Source of the DNA: a virus
Lineage: Duplodnaviria; Caudoviricetes
IMG/VR virus record: IMGVR_UViG_3300020045_021433
Location: 1-42,006 of that record
Direction: 5' to 3' (one strand)
Length of the DNA: 42,006 nucleotides
The notes under the pieces: model-generated
Seen by the model: only the letters and a program-made list of their open reading frames with translations
What the model was told of the DNA's origin: nothing
Database searches by the model: none
Program-made: the position numbers and the translations under genes
In this document: piece by piece, positions 1-9,430 of the stretch
How positions within the stretch are numbered: the stretch's first letter is position 1
Layout: the number at the start of each line of letters is the position of its first letter

Positions 1-324
1 TTGAGACAAGTTTTGGAAGAGATAAAAAAAGTAGATGCCAATGGAGAAGCAATTCCTTTTGATGTTGAGTTTCGAACTTTCAACCGGAATAATGGAATGG
101 GTGGGGTTCTCAAAAAATATGAAAAGGCAAAATTACTGATCGGCAAAAAACAGAAAGGAAAACCTTTTATCGATATCGAACATTTTTACCGAGTGGCACG
201 GACCAGGAAAAACCCAAACCACTACGAAAATACAACCCGAAACATTGAACTTGTTTCTGGCCATATTCGAAAGTTTAATTTTCGATACATCACAAAATTC
301 AACGGACACGAAGTTATTTATTAA
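1..324 (+). CDS. Hypothetical phage protein upstream of the portal (5' end probably cut by the window edge)
   Basis: ORF open from base 1; stop 3 nt before the next gene. Confidence 0.6.
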   Translation: MRQVLEEIKKVDANGEAIPFDVEFRTFNRNNGMGGVLKKYEKAKLLIGKKQKGKPFIDIEHFYRVARTRKNPNHYENTTRNIELVSGHIRKFNFRYITKFNGHEVIY

Positions 325-327
325 ATT

Positions 328-1665
328 ATGAGTAAGCATTATAAAAATATCCACGTAGGAAAAGCAACTTTGGCAGTCAGTGGACTCGGAACTCCTAAAG
401 TTCCTCAAGCTATCAAAGTACAAATAGATCCTTCCAATGAAGAAATAACTGGTGAGTTGGTTCCTTGGGGTTCTAGCAACTTGTACCCACAGGATTTCTA
501 TGATAAAAAGTTTCTAAAAAACGGTGCGGCCGTTGGTGGTATGAATACTTTATCATCGACAACTTACGGGAATGGTTTCAATCTTTACAAAAAAGTCAGA
601 AACGAAACCACTCGAAAAATCGAACTCGAAGAGCAGCTTCTTTCTGACTTCCCGGACATCGATTTGTTTGTCGAGCAAAACCACCTCGACGAATTTTGGG
701 ATGCTAAAATAAAAGACCTCGCACTTTTTGAATTAGCTTTCACCGAGCACGTTCTTTCGGTCACTCAAGAAAGCATCACAGAAGTAAAACGCCATCAAAC
801 TGCACATTGCCGTTATGCCAAGATGGATGAAACGGGAACAATTCCTTATGTTTTCATAAACACCGACTGGAATACTAACAATCCAAAATTCACAGTTCCA
901 ATTCCTTACTTCGATAAAAGGAGGTTTACGACTGCACAAATAAAAGAGATCTGCAAAGCAAAGAAAATATTCAATTTTATTACAGATTCCAAGTACGCTT
1001 TCATTACAGAGAACTATTATCCAAAAGCTGGATGGCACGCTGTTGACCGTAACGGATGGATGGACGTGGCTAACTCAGTTCCCGAATTAAAGCAAGCATT
1101 GTTCGAAAACCAGATGCACTTTAAGTATATCGTTTATATTTCCGATTACTATTTCGAATCCTATTATAAAGAAGAGTGGGATGACTTCGACGCTGAGAAA
1201 CGCCAGAAAATGCGCGAAGACTTGGCCACAACTATTGACGAGCACATGTCCGGAAATAAAGCGAGTGGGCGTTCGTTAACTTCTCCCATCTTCGAAGAAA
1301 ACGGAAAATTTGTCGAAGGTATCAAAGTCGTGCCAATCGACAACAAACTCAAAGACGGCTCCTATCTTCCTGATGCTTCTGCTGCCAATTCGGAAATTCT
1401 TTTTGCCATGGGAGTGAATCCGGCAATAATTGGCGCAGGAACTCCGGGAGGTTCTAACCTTGGAGGCTCCGGTTCCAACATTCGAGAAGCCTACACAGTA
1501 CTTTCAGCAAGCCTAGTCCCAAAACGAATCTACGTTACTGATGATTGGTTGTTCTGGCGAAGCTTCAACAATTGGGACAGAGCTTTAATCGGGATGTTCG
1601 GCAGCGTAAACCTTACCACTTTGGACAAAAATCCAAGTGGCCAACAAAATATTTTAAACGGATAA
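328..1665 (+). CDS. Putative portal protein
   Basis: 445 aa; PWGxxNLYPQ near N-term and EILFAMGVNPAIIG...SGSNIREAY near C-term resemble Bacteroidota phage portals; follows the terminase in circular order. Confidence 0.65.
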   Translation: MSKHYKNIHVGKATLAVSGLGTPKVPQAIKVQIDPSNEEITGELVPWGSSNLYPQDFYDKKFLKNGAAVGGMNTLSSTTYGNGFNLYKKVRNETTRKIELEEQLLSDFPDIDLFVEQNHLDEFWDAKIKDLALFELAFTEHVLSVTQESITEVKRHQTAHCRYAKMDETGTIPYVFINTDWNTNNPKFTVPIPYFDKRRFTTAQIKEICKAKKIFNFITDSKYAFITENYYPKAGWHAVDRNGWMDVANSVPELKQALFENQMHFKYIVYISDYYFESYYKEEWDDFDAEKRQKMREDLATTIDEHMSGNKASGRSLTSPIFEENGKFVEGIKVVPIDNKLKDGSYLPDASAANSEILFAMGVNPAIIGAGTPGGSNLGGSGSNIREAYTVLSASLVPKRIYVTDDWLFWRSFNNWDRALIGMFGSVNLTTLDKNPSGQQNILNG

Positions 1666-1668
1666 CCT

Positions 1669-2619
1669 ATGAGACTCATCAATAATATCGAAGATTTAAA
1701 ACGACACATCATCGTTTCAGCAACTTTTGATTTTCAGAAAGTTTTACCATTTGCCAAACGTGTCGAGCGTAAAATAATCTTAGACCTCATTGGCCAAGAC
1801 CAGTACGATTCTATTGTAGTCCATACTTTCGTTCCGGAAGACACGGCTCCAATAAACCAGGTTAAGGAACTGCTCGAAGAAGCTGTGGCCAATTATTCTT
1901 TGCTTTTGGCAATGCCAACGATTAACATCTTAATCACAAATTCAGGAACCAAAACCTCCGAAAACAAAGAAGCCGTCAATGCTGACTGGAAGGACAAACG
2001 CGACCTGAACCGTTCGCTCTTGAAAACCTACAACGAAGCTCTAGACGATGCTTTCCAAATAATGGAAGAAAACGTTGCTGATTTCCCCGACTGGCAAACT
2101 TCAAAATACTATACAGTTTTCAAAGATTTATTGGTTCAGCAAACAATGACCTTCAATGATCATTTCAGCATCCAAAATAATCGCCAGACTTTCTGTGCGC
2201 TAAAGCCTTACATACGTGAAGTCGAAGATCAGTATTTCAAAGCGATGCTAGGAGCCGAAACGCTCGCCTTGATCAAAGCCAAATCCACTGAAGAAATAAT
2301 TATCGAAGCTCAGGAACTCGCACAAAAAGCCTGTGTAGCTTTTACAGTTGCCAAGGCTGCCATCACGGGAACTTTCGCTTTCACTGATAGTTCTTTCGTT
2401 ATCGCCTCAGATCAGTTGCCTTGGGAAAAACAAAGCGAACTTTCCAAAGAAGATCGCAATGATTTAAAGAAAGACCGACAACTGGCCGGAGAAGAATATC
2501 TCAAGTCCTTAAAAAAATTAGTGGTTGCCAATCCAACTCTTTTTCCTGCGTACCAGGATAAAACCGAAATTGGAATCACAGCAAAAATCATAAAGAAAAA
2601 ATCAGGTTTGTGGCTCTAA
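1669..2619 (+). CDS. Putative head-tail adaptor (DUF6712-like)
   Basis: 316 aa helical protein with two internally similar halves, directly after the portal. Confidence 0.5.
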   Translation: MRLINNIEDLKRHIIVSATFDFQKVLPFAKRVERKIILDLIGQDQYDSIVVHTFVPEDTAPINQVKELLEEAVANYSLLLAMPTINILITNSGTKTSENKEAVNADWKDKRDLNRSLLKTYNEALDDAFQIMEENVADFPDWQTSKYYTVFKDLLVQQTMTFNDHFSIQNNRQTFCALKPYIREVEDQYFKAMLGAETLALIKAKSTEEIIIEAQELAQKACVAFTVAKAAITGTFAFTDSSFVIASDQLPWEKQSELSKEDRNDLKKDRQLAGEEYLKSLKKLVVANPTLFPAYQDKTEIGITAKIIKKKSGLWL

Positions 2620-2624
2620 AAAGA

Positions 2625-2660
2625 TGTCCTTTTCAAAATTCAGTCGCAACCCTATTTTTG
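2625..2660 (+). promoter_or_regulatory. Putative late promoter TGTCCTTTT...TATTTTTG
   Basis: Same motif and 35-36 nt span at 12720, 33913 and 40934. Confidence 0.6.
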
Positions 2661-2676
2661 ATAAAAATTAAAACAA

Positions 2677-3219
2677 ATGCAAGTACAAAGAGTAATCACC
2701 GCTAACGGCATCGACGATATTAAACTCGTTGGCGAAACGGATTTAGAACGTCAGTTCATTAAGCAACTAGCCGAGGCGGGAACTCTTTCTTGCTTGAATC
2801 GTCAAGTGTCGGATTCTGTTTTGTTCAGACCTATTTCCGTGGCTTCTGAGATTAGCAGTTATACATCCAGTAATGGATCCATTCCTCGCTATAATTTTGA
2901 TGTTGTTCAAAACGCATCGCACACAATAGATCTCGTTTTCGACATCAATGACGTGCCTTTAGATCTTAATGATTTCTTAGCGATCAAACTCCAAGTAAAA
3001 CACAGCAAGTCAGCACCGCCAATCATAGATTTAGCCATAGGTTCAGGATTAGCAATTTCAGGCGTTGATTCTAATATTTTGAAAGCGACAATGACGGCCG
3101 CACAAACAAAACTATTGACTTGCGAATCCTATTACTACGATGTTCTAATGAGCAAAACAGATTTGAATAAATATTACTTAGAAGGAAAAATAACTACAAA
3201 AACCACAGCCACAAGATGA
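2677..3219 (+). CDS. Putative tail/baseplate-associated structural protein
   Basis: C-terminal beta-rich domain ending YYYDVLM...YLEGKIT typical of fibre attachment domains; overlaps the fibre gene (ATGA). Confidence 0.45.
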   Translation: MQVQRVITANGIDDIKLVGETDLERQFIKQLAEAGTLSCLNRQVSDSVLFRPISVASEISSYTSSNGSIPRYNFDVVQNASHTIDLVFDINDVPLDLNDFLAIKLQVKHSKSAPPIIDLAIGSGLAISGVDSNILKATMTAAQTKLLTCESYYYDVLMSKTDLNKYYLEGKITTKTTATR

Positions 3220-5339
3220 GCGATACAATAAATATCAAAGTTTACGAAAACACACCCGAAGGAATGCAAGCCGCAATAGCAGCTGCCGAAAATAGATTAG
3301 ATCAAAAGATTGACGATGCATTATTAGATAGCACCGCAATTGGCGATCCAACTATTCCCATCCCCGTAGACGTTACTGGAAATGCTCATTGTTTAGGAGT
3401 TGGTCCTGGTACTTATGCTAATTGGGGTGGGCTTGTAGTTCCTGCTAATAATACAGCTACTTTAAAAAGAATTGGTGGAGTATTTTATATGAGTTTGACC
3501 CTTATGGATTTGAGTGGGAAATTGAATGTTTCTGATGTTATAAATAGTTTGACTTCGGCGGAAACGGCAAAGGCTTTAAGTGCAGCACAAGGAAAGTTTT
3601 TGAATGAGAATAAAGCGAATATTACTTATGTTGATGCAGGTTTAGCTTTGAAATTAGAGGAAAAAGACTTATTAGAGCCTGACTTTTCAACAGATTACAA
3701 TACGGAAGATTTCTCTACTCTCACACTTCAAAATCCAGTTACAGGAGTTGATGCTTATGTAAATAAAGAGGCTAGAGTTACAATTGAGGGAGTTTTGTCC
3801 GCTATAACAGTAAAATCAAGCCAAGCAAGTGTTTTGGTTTTAAAATGTATAACTATCAGCGCGGGAGTCGTAACAGTACTTCATACTTTTGAAACTATAA
3901 CTTTGTTGTCAGGTATAAATACATATAGTATTGATGATAATTTTATACTACCGGTAGATTCTTATATTTCCGCATCGTCTGAACATATATACTATAATAA
4001 TAGCACTAATGGTAGTTTCTTAATAAGTGGATCTGCAACTGCTACTAATTCTCAAGTAAGAGTTTCGGTTAATTTTGAAATTACGACTTTAAAATTAGCT
4101 TACGATATAGAAACTAAAACGTCAGTCGATTTAAAATTATCTACAAAATTAGAAGTAATTGAAGGAGAGAAAAAAAACAACAATGTTGATTTTAGTGTTT
4201 TAACACTTCAAAACGGTGACACTGGTGATGTCTTTTACGTCAACAAAGAATCTAAAATTACAAGAGAAAGCAAGTTAAAAAAAATAACGGTCAAAGCATC
4301 AGGAAGTAACACTTTGAATTTAAAATGCATAAATATAAATGGAAATGTAGCTACTGTTTTACATACTTTTCCAGTAATAAATCTAATCGCAGGAACTAAT
4401 GATTACAATGTAGATTATGATTTTAATTTACCAGCTGGCTCTTATATTTCCGTTTCTTCTTATGTTATTTATTACAACAACACAACTAACGGAAGTTTTA
4501 GAGTTAATAATGATAACAACGTATCTGATTCTCCTGTAAGAGTTTCTGTTAATTTTGAAATTGTTGCTTTAGTTCCTGAACTCAACATTCTTCAAAAAGC
4601 ATTAATAGATAATCAAGTGCTGTTATACGGAACTTCAATTATGTCAAATGATTACCCTTGGTTTAAAAAATCATTAGAATCTATTACTGGAGCTGAAGTT
4701 TATAACGGAGGTTTTAGTGGAGCAACGGCTTCTCAACTTTGTGAAAATTCTAAACTGCAAAGAATATGGGACTATTATCCAAATAAAATTCTTCTTGAAA
4801 TGGGAGGGAATCAGGATGGTGCTATTAATTCTGTAGGCACATTTACAAATATAAACGGAGAGCCTGTAGTGACTGAACCGGATGCTTCTATTGATTATTT
4901 GGGAACTTATTATATTCAAGCTATAAGTTACGTTATTCAAAGAATTCTTCTGGAATATGAAAACTTTAGAGAAAGAGCTAATTTAACAGGTTTAGAAACA
5001 GAACTTGAAAAAGAAGCTAAAATCGATGCTGTAAAAAAAGTAGAATTGATTTTACTTTCTGGATTTCCACAAAAAAGATATAACGACGATTCGGAATTTT
5101 CCAAACCTTCTAATTGGAAAAGAAAAGAAGACGCAATTAAAGAGTGTGGATTGAAATATGGTGTGAAAGTTATAGATATTCAAGATTTATGTAAATACAA
5201 TATGACTTTAGAGCCATATTGGGCCCCCCCTACTGATCCATTAACTAATAATGGTCTTTATTTTATGGATGGTTTACACCCTAATAAATATGGCTATGAA
5301 TTAGTTTCAAGAAAGATTTGTGAAAGCAATAATTGGTAA
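3216..5339 (+). CDS. Tail fibre/receptor-binding protein with C-terminal SGNH/GDSL hydrolase
   Basis: Fibre-type motif NSLTSAETAKALSAAQGKFL; two tandem 125-aa repeats; SGNH blocks LYGTSI, GFSG, EMGGN, DGLHPN. Confidence 0.75.
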   Translation: MSDTINIKVYENTPEGMQAAIAAAENRLDQKIDDALLDSTAIGDPTIPIPVDVTGNAHCLGVGPGTYANWGGLVVPANNTATLKRIGGVFYMSLTLMDLSGKLNVSDVINSLTSAETAKALSAAQGKFLNENKANITYVDAGLALKLEEKDLLEPDFSTDYNTEDFSTLTLQNPVTGVDAYVNKEARVTIEGVLSAITVKSSQASVLVLKCITISAGVVTVLHTFETITLLSGINTYSIDDNFILPVDSYISASSEHIYYNNSTNGSFLISGSATATNSQVRVSVNFEITTLKLAYDIETKTSVDLKLSTKLEVIEGEKKNNNVDFSVLTLQNGDTGDVFYVNKESKITRESKLKKITVKASGSNTLNLKCININGNVATVLHTFPVINLIAGTNDYNVDYDFNLPAGSYISVSSYVIYYNNTTNGSFRVNNDNNVSDSPVRVSVNFEIVALVPELNILQKALIDNQVLLYGTSIMSNDYPWFKKSLESITGAEVYNGGFSGATASQLCENSKLQRIWDYYPNKILLEMGGNQDGAINSVGTFTNINGEPVVTEPDASIDYLGTYYIQAISYVIQRILLEYENFRERANLTGLETELEKEAKIDAVKKVELILLSGFPQKRYNDDSEFSKPSNWKRKEDAIKECGLKYGVKVIDIQDLCKYNMTLEPYWAPPTDPLTNNGLYFMDGLHPNKYGYELVSRKICESNNW
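3708..4562 (+). repeat. Intragenic domain duplication (3708-4082 and 4188-4562)
   Basis: DFSTLTLQN...VRVSVNFEI vs DFSVLTLQN...VRVSVNFEI, 480-nt period. Confidence 0.9.
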
Positions 5340-5415
5340 TTAATGAAAATCCATCTGCCAAAACTAACAGACACCATCATAGAAAAAGTGCTCGATAATT
5401 TAAACCTAATTAACA

Positions 5416-5700
5416 ATGGAATGCACGTATTGTTTTGAAACGGCTACTAAAATTCACAATTCAGAAGAGTTGTGTGATCGTCATTTTAAAATTTTATGTC
5501 CAGAACAATCTAAAACAAATCAATTGCAGGAAGTTCCAAAAAGTTATCGTGAAAAACGATTAAACAAAAGGTACACAAAACGGTTAACCAATTGCAAAAA
5601 CGATGAAGAATTTCAACAAATAATAATCGATTTCAAAGCTGATCTAGCAATCGTCGAAAAACAAAGCAGGTATTATAAAAATAGAGATAAAATAAAATGA
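5416..5700 (+). CDS. Hypothetical protein with N-terminal Cys/His (zinc-ribbon-like) motif
   Basis: CTYC...LCDRH; overlaps the holin start. Confidence 0.55.
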   Translation: MECTYCFETATKIHNSEELCDRHFKILCPEQSKTNQLQEVPKSYREKRLNKRYTKRLTNCKNDEEFQQIIIDFKADLAIVEKQSRYYKNRDKIK

Positions 5701-6200
5701 AAGAATTATTCCTAAAACCAATCATCAAGCCAATGGCGTTGTTAACTGTAATTCCAAATATGGCAATTGCTCCAAAAGTAGATTTAGAATCCGTTGTTTG
5801 GATTTTAGTTTGGTTATTTTTTGCAGATCTATTCACTGGTTTATTTGCTAGCTATTTCAAATGGAAAGAAACAGTACCAAAAGGAAAATATTTCTTTGGA
5901 CAATCACAAGGTTTTTCAAGTGACAAATTCAAAAAATGTTTTATTAAAGGAATGGTGTACACGGGGTTTCCTCTTCTCTTGTTAAAATTCCAACATGCAT
6001 TTTTAATAAAAAACATAAAATTTTCAACCGTATCCGATTCTGAATTTGATATAACAATTGTCTGTCTTTTGGTTTTTTGTGCAAACGAACTCTTTTCTAT
6101 CTTTTGGGAAAACCTGCCAGTTTGCGGTTTGAATCTACCAAAAGCAATCAAGAATCTAATTGTTGGAGTGAAAGATATCACTAACGAAATAAAACCATAA
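5697..6200 (+). CDS. Holin
   Basis: Several hydrophobic segments; ADLFTG and NELFSIFWEN motifs of holin-4-like families; directly upstream of the endolysin. Confidence 0.75.
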   Translation: MKELFLKPIIKPMALLTVIPNMAIAPKVDLESVVWILVWLFFADLFTGLFASYFKWKETVPKGKYFFGQSQGFSSDKFKKCFIKGMVYTGFPLLLLKFQHAFLIKNIKFSTVSDSEFDITIVCLLVFCANELFSIFWENLPVCGLNLPKAIKNLIVGVKDITNEIKP

Positions 6201-6202
6201 CT

Positions 6203-6748
6203 ATGATCTTCATCTCAGCCGGCCACAACCCAAACGGACTTAACCCAGATCCGGGAGCAATAGGAAACGGAAACCACGAAGCCGACTTAACCGTCGAGTT
6301 TAGAAACCTAGTTACAGCAATGCTACGAGCCAAAGGACTCGAAGTCATCACCGATAAAGATGATGAACGCCTTGGAACCTATCTCGAAAGAATCAAAACA
6401 GGTAATGGATCCGTTGTATTAGAATTTCATTTCGATGCAGCAGGAACTTCTACAGCCACAGGAACCACCGTTCTTATAGGTAACGATGCCGACCGTTTGG
6501 ACAAAGCTTTCGCAAAAGAACTAGTCGAAGCCTGTGCAACCACTTTGTCAATCAAAAATCGTGGAATAAAACCCGAATCCGAAAGTCACCGGGGCGGTCT
6601 TGGACTTATGCGCGAACAGGGAGCTGTTGCCTTGCTCGAAATTTGTTTCATTACCAACAAAGAAGATCTTCTCCAGTATCGAAATAATAAAATGTCATTG
6701 GCTTTTAAAATTGCTGAAATTGTAGAACGTTACGAAAAACTGATTTAA
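6203..6748 (+). CDS. Endolysin, N-acetylmuramoyl-L-alanine amidase (Amidase_3)
   Basis: ISAGH...DPGA...HEADL, EFHFDA, ALLEICFITN zinc amidase motifs. Confidence 0.92.
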   Translation: MIFISAGHNPNGLNPDPGAIGNGNHEADLTVEFRNLVTAMLRAKGLEVITDKDDERLGTYLERIKTGNGSVVLEFHFDAAGTSTATGTTVLIGNDADRLDKAFAKELVEACATTLSIKNRGIKPESESHRGGLGLMREQGAVALLEICFITNKEDLLQYRNNKMSLAFKIAEIVERYEKLI

Positions 6749-6798
6749 GTACAGAACCTTAGTACAGAACCTTAGTACAGAACCTTAGTACAGAACCT
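6748..6798. repeat. 13-bp tandem repeat AGTACAGAACCTT x about 4
   Basis: Three perfect copies plus a 12-bp copy between amidase and spanin. Confidence 0.95.
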
Positions 6799-6810
6799 AA
6801 TTCAATTCTT

Positions 6811-7362
6811 ATGAAAAAAATATTTGCAATCTTATTATTTTGTCTAGCATTAGCATTCCTAATGCTTTTCTCTTCCTGCGGTGCTGCCAAATCCGACAAA
6901 ACCAAAACCAACGAAGAAGTAAAAACCGAAAATTCCAATAATTACACTTCGGATAAAAAGGAAGAATCCAACGTAAAGAAAACCGAGAACACCATCATTG
7001 ATGACAAAAACGAAACCGTAATCGAAGAAACGAACTATGAGCCTATCGACAACACAAAACCTGCGAGTATTATTGATCCCGATGGGAAAGAAACCAAACT
7101 CAATAATTCGAAGAAAACCACTCGGAAAACCACTAAAAAAAACAATACCAAAACCGATAATTCCAAAAAATCCGAAGAATTCCACAAATCGGAATTATCG
7201 GAACAATCGGAATCCAAAGGAAAAACCGAAGGAAAAAAAGCAGGATTAGCAGTTAAACGAGAACGTTCGGCTTGGTCAATGTGGAATCTGCTTTGGTTGT
7301 TAATTCCTGTTGGAATTTATTTGGTTTGGAAAAAGTATAGTGATAAAATTTGGTGGATCTAA
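6811..7362 (+). CDS. Putative unimolecular spanin (lipoprotein with C-terminal TM helix)
   Basis: Signal peptide with lipobox FSSC, K/T/N/E-rich linker, C-terminal WNLLWLLIPVGIYLVW; third gene of the lysis cassette. Confidence 0.75.
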   Translation: MKKIFAILLFCLALAFLMLFSSCGAAKSDKTKTNEEVKTENSNNYTSDKKEESNVKKTENTIIDDKNETVIEETNYEPIDNTKPASIIDPDGKETKLNNSKKTTRKTTKKNNTKTDNSKKSEEFHKSELSEQSESKGKTEGKKAGLAVKRERSAWSMWNLLWLLIPVGIYLVWKKYSDKIWWI

Positions 7363-7538
7363 TGGAAGCAAAACTCAGAACCCTAAAACTAAGAAAAGCA
7401 CGCCTTTTCGAAAACATCGAAATGCTCTCCGAAGTAAACGAATGTACATTTACTGAATTTGGTAAACTCGAAGCCGAAATAATGAAACTCGAAAAAAATA
7501 TTGTTCGCGATACCAAAAACACACTCGATGAGAATTGA
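7362..7538 (+). CDS. Hypothetical coiled-coil protein
   Basis: ATG overlaps the spanin stop (TAATG). Confidence 0.55.
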   Translation: MEAKLRTLKLRKARLFENIEMLSEVNECTFTEFGKLEAEIMKLEKNIVRDTKNTLDEN

Positions 7539-8367
7539 TTTTAAAATAGCGCAACATTGGAATGATCTGACCGAGTGGCAAATTCGAGCCATTGGCCGTT
7601 TTATGTTTAATAACAGAAATGAGCAGGTCGAAACTAAACGTTTCAAACAAATCGTGCTTTCTATTCTGATCGTGCCAAAACCAACCTTCAGGAATATTAT
7701 CAAATCTGTGGTTTTATTATCAAATGTGACTTTTTCGGAACTGGAGAAATACACAGATTTTGTCTTTGATCAAAAAGAATTATTGACTCGATTCCCTAAC
7801 CAAATCAAAATAGGTCGCTGGCCATTTCGTAAAATTGTTTATGGTCCGGCTCCAAGATTGGCAAACGTAACCATCGAAGAGCTTTCCTATGCCGATACTT
7901 TTTATTATAAATGGATAACCGAAAATAACCCAGACGATTTGCATCGACTCACGGCTATTTTGTACCGTCCCACAGCTTGGAACCGACGACCTTCTTCCGA
8001 AGACAGGCGAATTCCGTTTTCCAGTCTTTCGTTAGAAAATAATTCTCGCATTACCGATGCGATTCCGCTTCCGGTTAAGTTTATGATTGCACACGCGTAT
8101 TCAGGCTGTCGCCAAAACTTTATCAATCGACATCCAAACGTATTTCCACAACGAAAACTAGCTGAAGGCGAAGAAGAAAAAACGCCAACGAAACCAAAAC
8201 CATACCAACCATTTTCAAAAATCATAGATTCCTTCGCGATGGATGAAGTTCAAATTTTTGGGAATCATCAAGCAGTTGAGAAGGTTTTTGCACCCAAATT
8301 CCTTTCTATTTACGAAGAATCAATCATCAGGGAACGTCAAAAAGAACGAGCTCGTAACACAAAATAA
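7528..8367 (+). CDS. Hypothetical morphogenesis protein (possible tail assembly chaperone)
   Basis: ATG at 7528; WNDLT and LTAILYRP motifs; late-gene context. Confidence 0.55.
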   Translation: MRIDFKIAQHWNDLTEWQIRAIGRFMFNNRNEQVETKRFKQIVLSILIVPKPTFRNIIKSVVLLSNVTFSELEKYTDFVFDQKELLTRFPNQIKIGRWPFRKIVYGPAPRLANVTIEELSYADTFYYKWITENNPDDLHRLTAILYRPTAWNRRPSSEDRRIPFSSLSLENNSRITDAIPLPVKFMIAHAYSGCRQNFINRHPNVFPQRKLAEGEEEKTPTKPKPYQPFSKIIDSFAMDEVQIFGNHQAVEKVFAPKFLSIYEESIIRERQKERARNTK

Positions 8368-8369
8368 TT

Positions 8370-8573
8370 ATGGAAGAGCAATTAAAACTAGCAATCGAAT
8401 ATTTAAAAATAAGGTCTATAAAAACCAATAAAAAAAGCCTTCCTAATGTTCTTAAAATACAGCACGCAGTTTGTCCTATATTTGAAGTTGAAGCAGTATT
8501 AAATATGGTGTTGACCTTAGAATTTGAGGATTTTTATAATGAATTTAAAAAAGAATATCCTAACACTAAATAA
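8370..8573 (+). CDS. Hypothetical protein
   Basis: Tightly packed ORF with TAATTATG junctions on both sides. Confidence 0.55.
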   Translation: MEEQLKLAIEYLKIRSIKTNKKSLPNVLKIQHAVCPIFEVEAVLNMVLTLEFEDFYNEFKKEYPNTK

Positions 8574-8575
8574 TT

Positions 8576-9091
8576 ATGGCCAGAGTATTATCCTTTCAGA
8601 AAGTAGATGACTTTTTCGCAGAATTAGCCACAAAACATGTCGATATCAAAGATTATTGCAGTACTTCGGTTCAGGAGTTAGCCAATAAAATCGCCTCAGT
8701 CGATGGATTGGGATCGCCTTTCTTGGTGTTTTTCGACTATTACGGACACCTAGAAGGCAAAGAACAGCGCACGTTCAATAATAGATCCTTGGCTTTCTCC
8801 ATTCTTTACACCGGAATCAAAACCGATGATTATCCTGGTCAAAGATTGGCTGTAACCAATGCTGAAGAAATAGGCCTAGAAGTTTTGTCCAGGATAAATG
8901 TTCAAAGCAAAATGCAAACCATTGGCTGGCTTTACAACAATTTCGACAAAAACACGGTAACAATGGATGAAGTAATCTCCGAAGGTTCCGATGGTTTTTA
9001 CGGAATGGAGTTTCATTTTGATCTGAAAGTACTTGAACCTTTAGTCGTAACTCCCGCAAAATGGAGCGATAGTAATTTATTTTGTGTCTAA
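8576..9091 (+). CDS. Putative tail terminator/completion protein
   Basis: 171 aa alpha/beta protein in tail region; function inferred from size and position. Confidence 0.4.
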   Translation: MARVLSFQKVDDFFAELATKHVDIKDYCSTSVQELANKIASVDGLGSPFLVFFDYYGHLEGKEQRTFNNRSLAFSILYTGIKTDDYPGQRLAVTNAEEIGLEVLSRINVQSKMQTIGWLYNNFDKNTVTMDEVISEGSDGFYGMEFHFDLKVLEPLVVTPAKWSDSNLFCV

Positions 9092-9159
9092 ATGAGGTTT
9101 CCCGTAAAGAACAACTCTTTTGATTAATTTTATTGCTGACCAATTTAATATAAAATAAC

Positions 9160-9366
9160 ATGAAGAATGATTTGCCTCAAATTATCAGACCACTGATAGA
9201 ATCTACTAACTCTTTACGAGAACACCGAATGGCTTTGCACGAAATGTTTGCTCTAGCAATATCGAACATTCCAGATGATGAAACCGAAAACTTCACCGCC
9301 CGGAAACTCAAATCCACCTATCTCGCTTTGTGTGAGCTGATGGAAAATATACAGGAAACACAATGA
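9160..9366 (+). CDS. Small helical protein, paralogue A (of 11054-11335)
   Basis: 24 of 38 core residues identical to the 11054 protein. Confidence 0.8.
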   Translation: MKNDLPQIIRPLIESTNSLREHRMALHEMFALAISNIPDDETENFTARKLKSTYLALCELMENIQETQ

Positions 9367-9370
9367 AATT

Positions 9371-9399
9371 AAAAACCACTCGTAATTGAGTGGTTTTTT
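9371..9399 (+). terminator. Intrinsic terminator
   Basis: AAAAACCACTC-GTAATT-GAGTGGTTTTTT. Confidence 0.8.
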
Positions 9400-9430
9400 C
9401 TTATATTTACAACTCACTAAAAAATGGATT

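Noticed and set aside
3708-4562. Possible DGR template/variable repeat pair in the tail fibre
   Set aside because: Differences are not adenine-specific, both copies are in-frame domains, and no reverse transcriptase is present
5343-5438. 31-aa ORF after the tail fibre
   Set aside because: Too short and featureless to support
6748-6798. Possible mini-CRISPR array
   Set aside because: 13-bp units with no spacers; no cas genes
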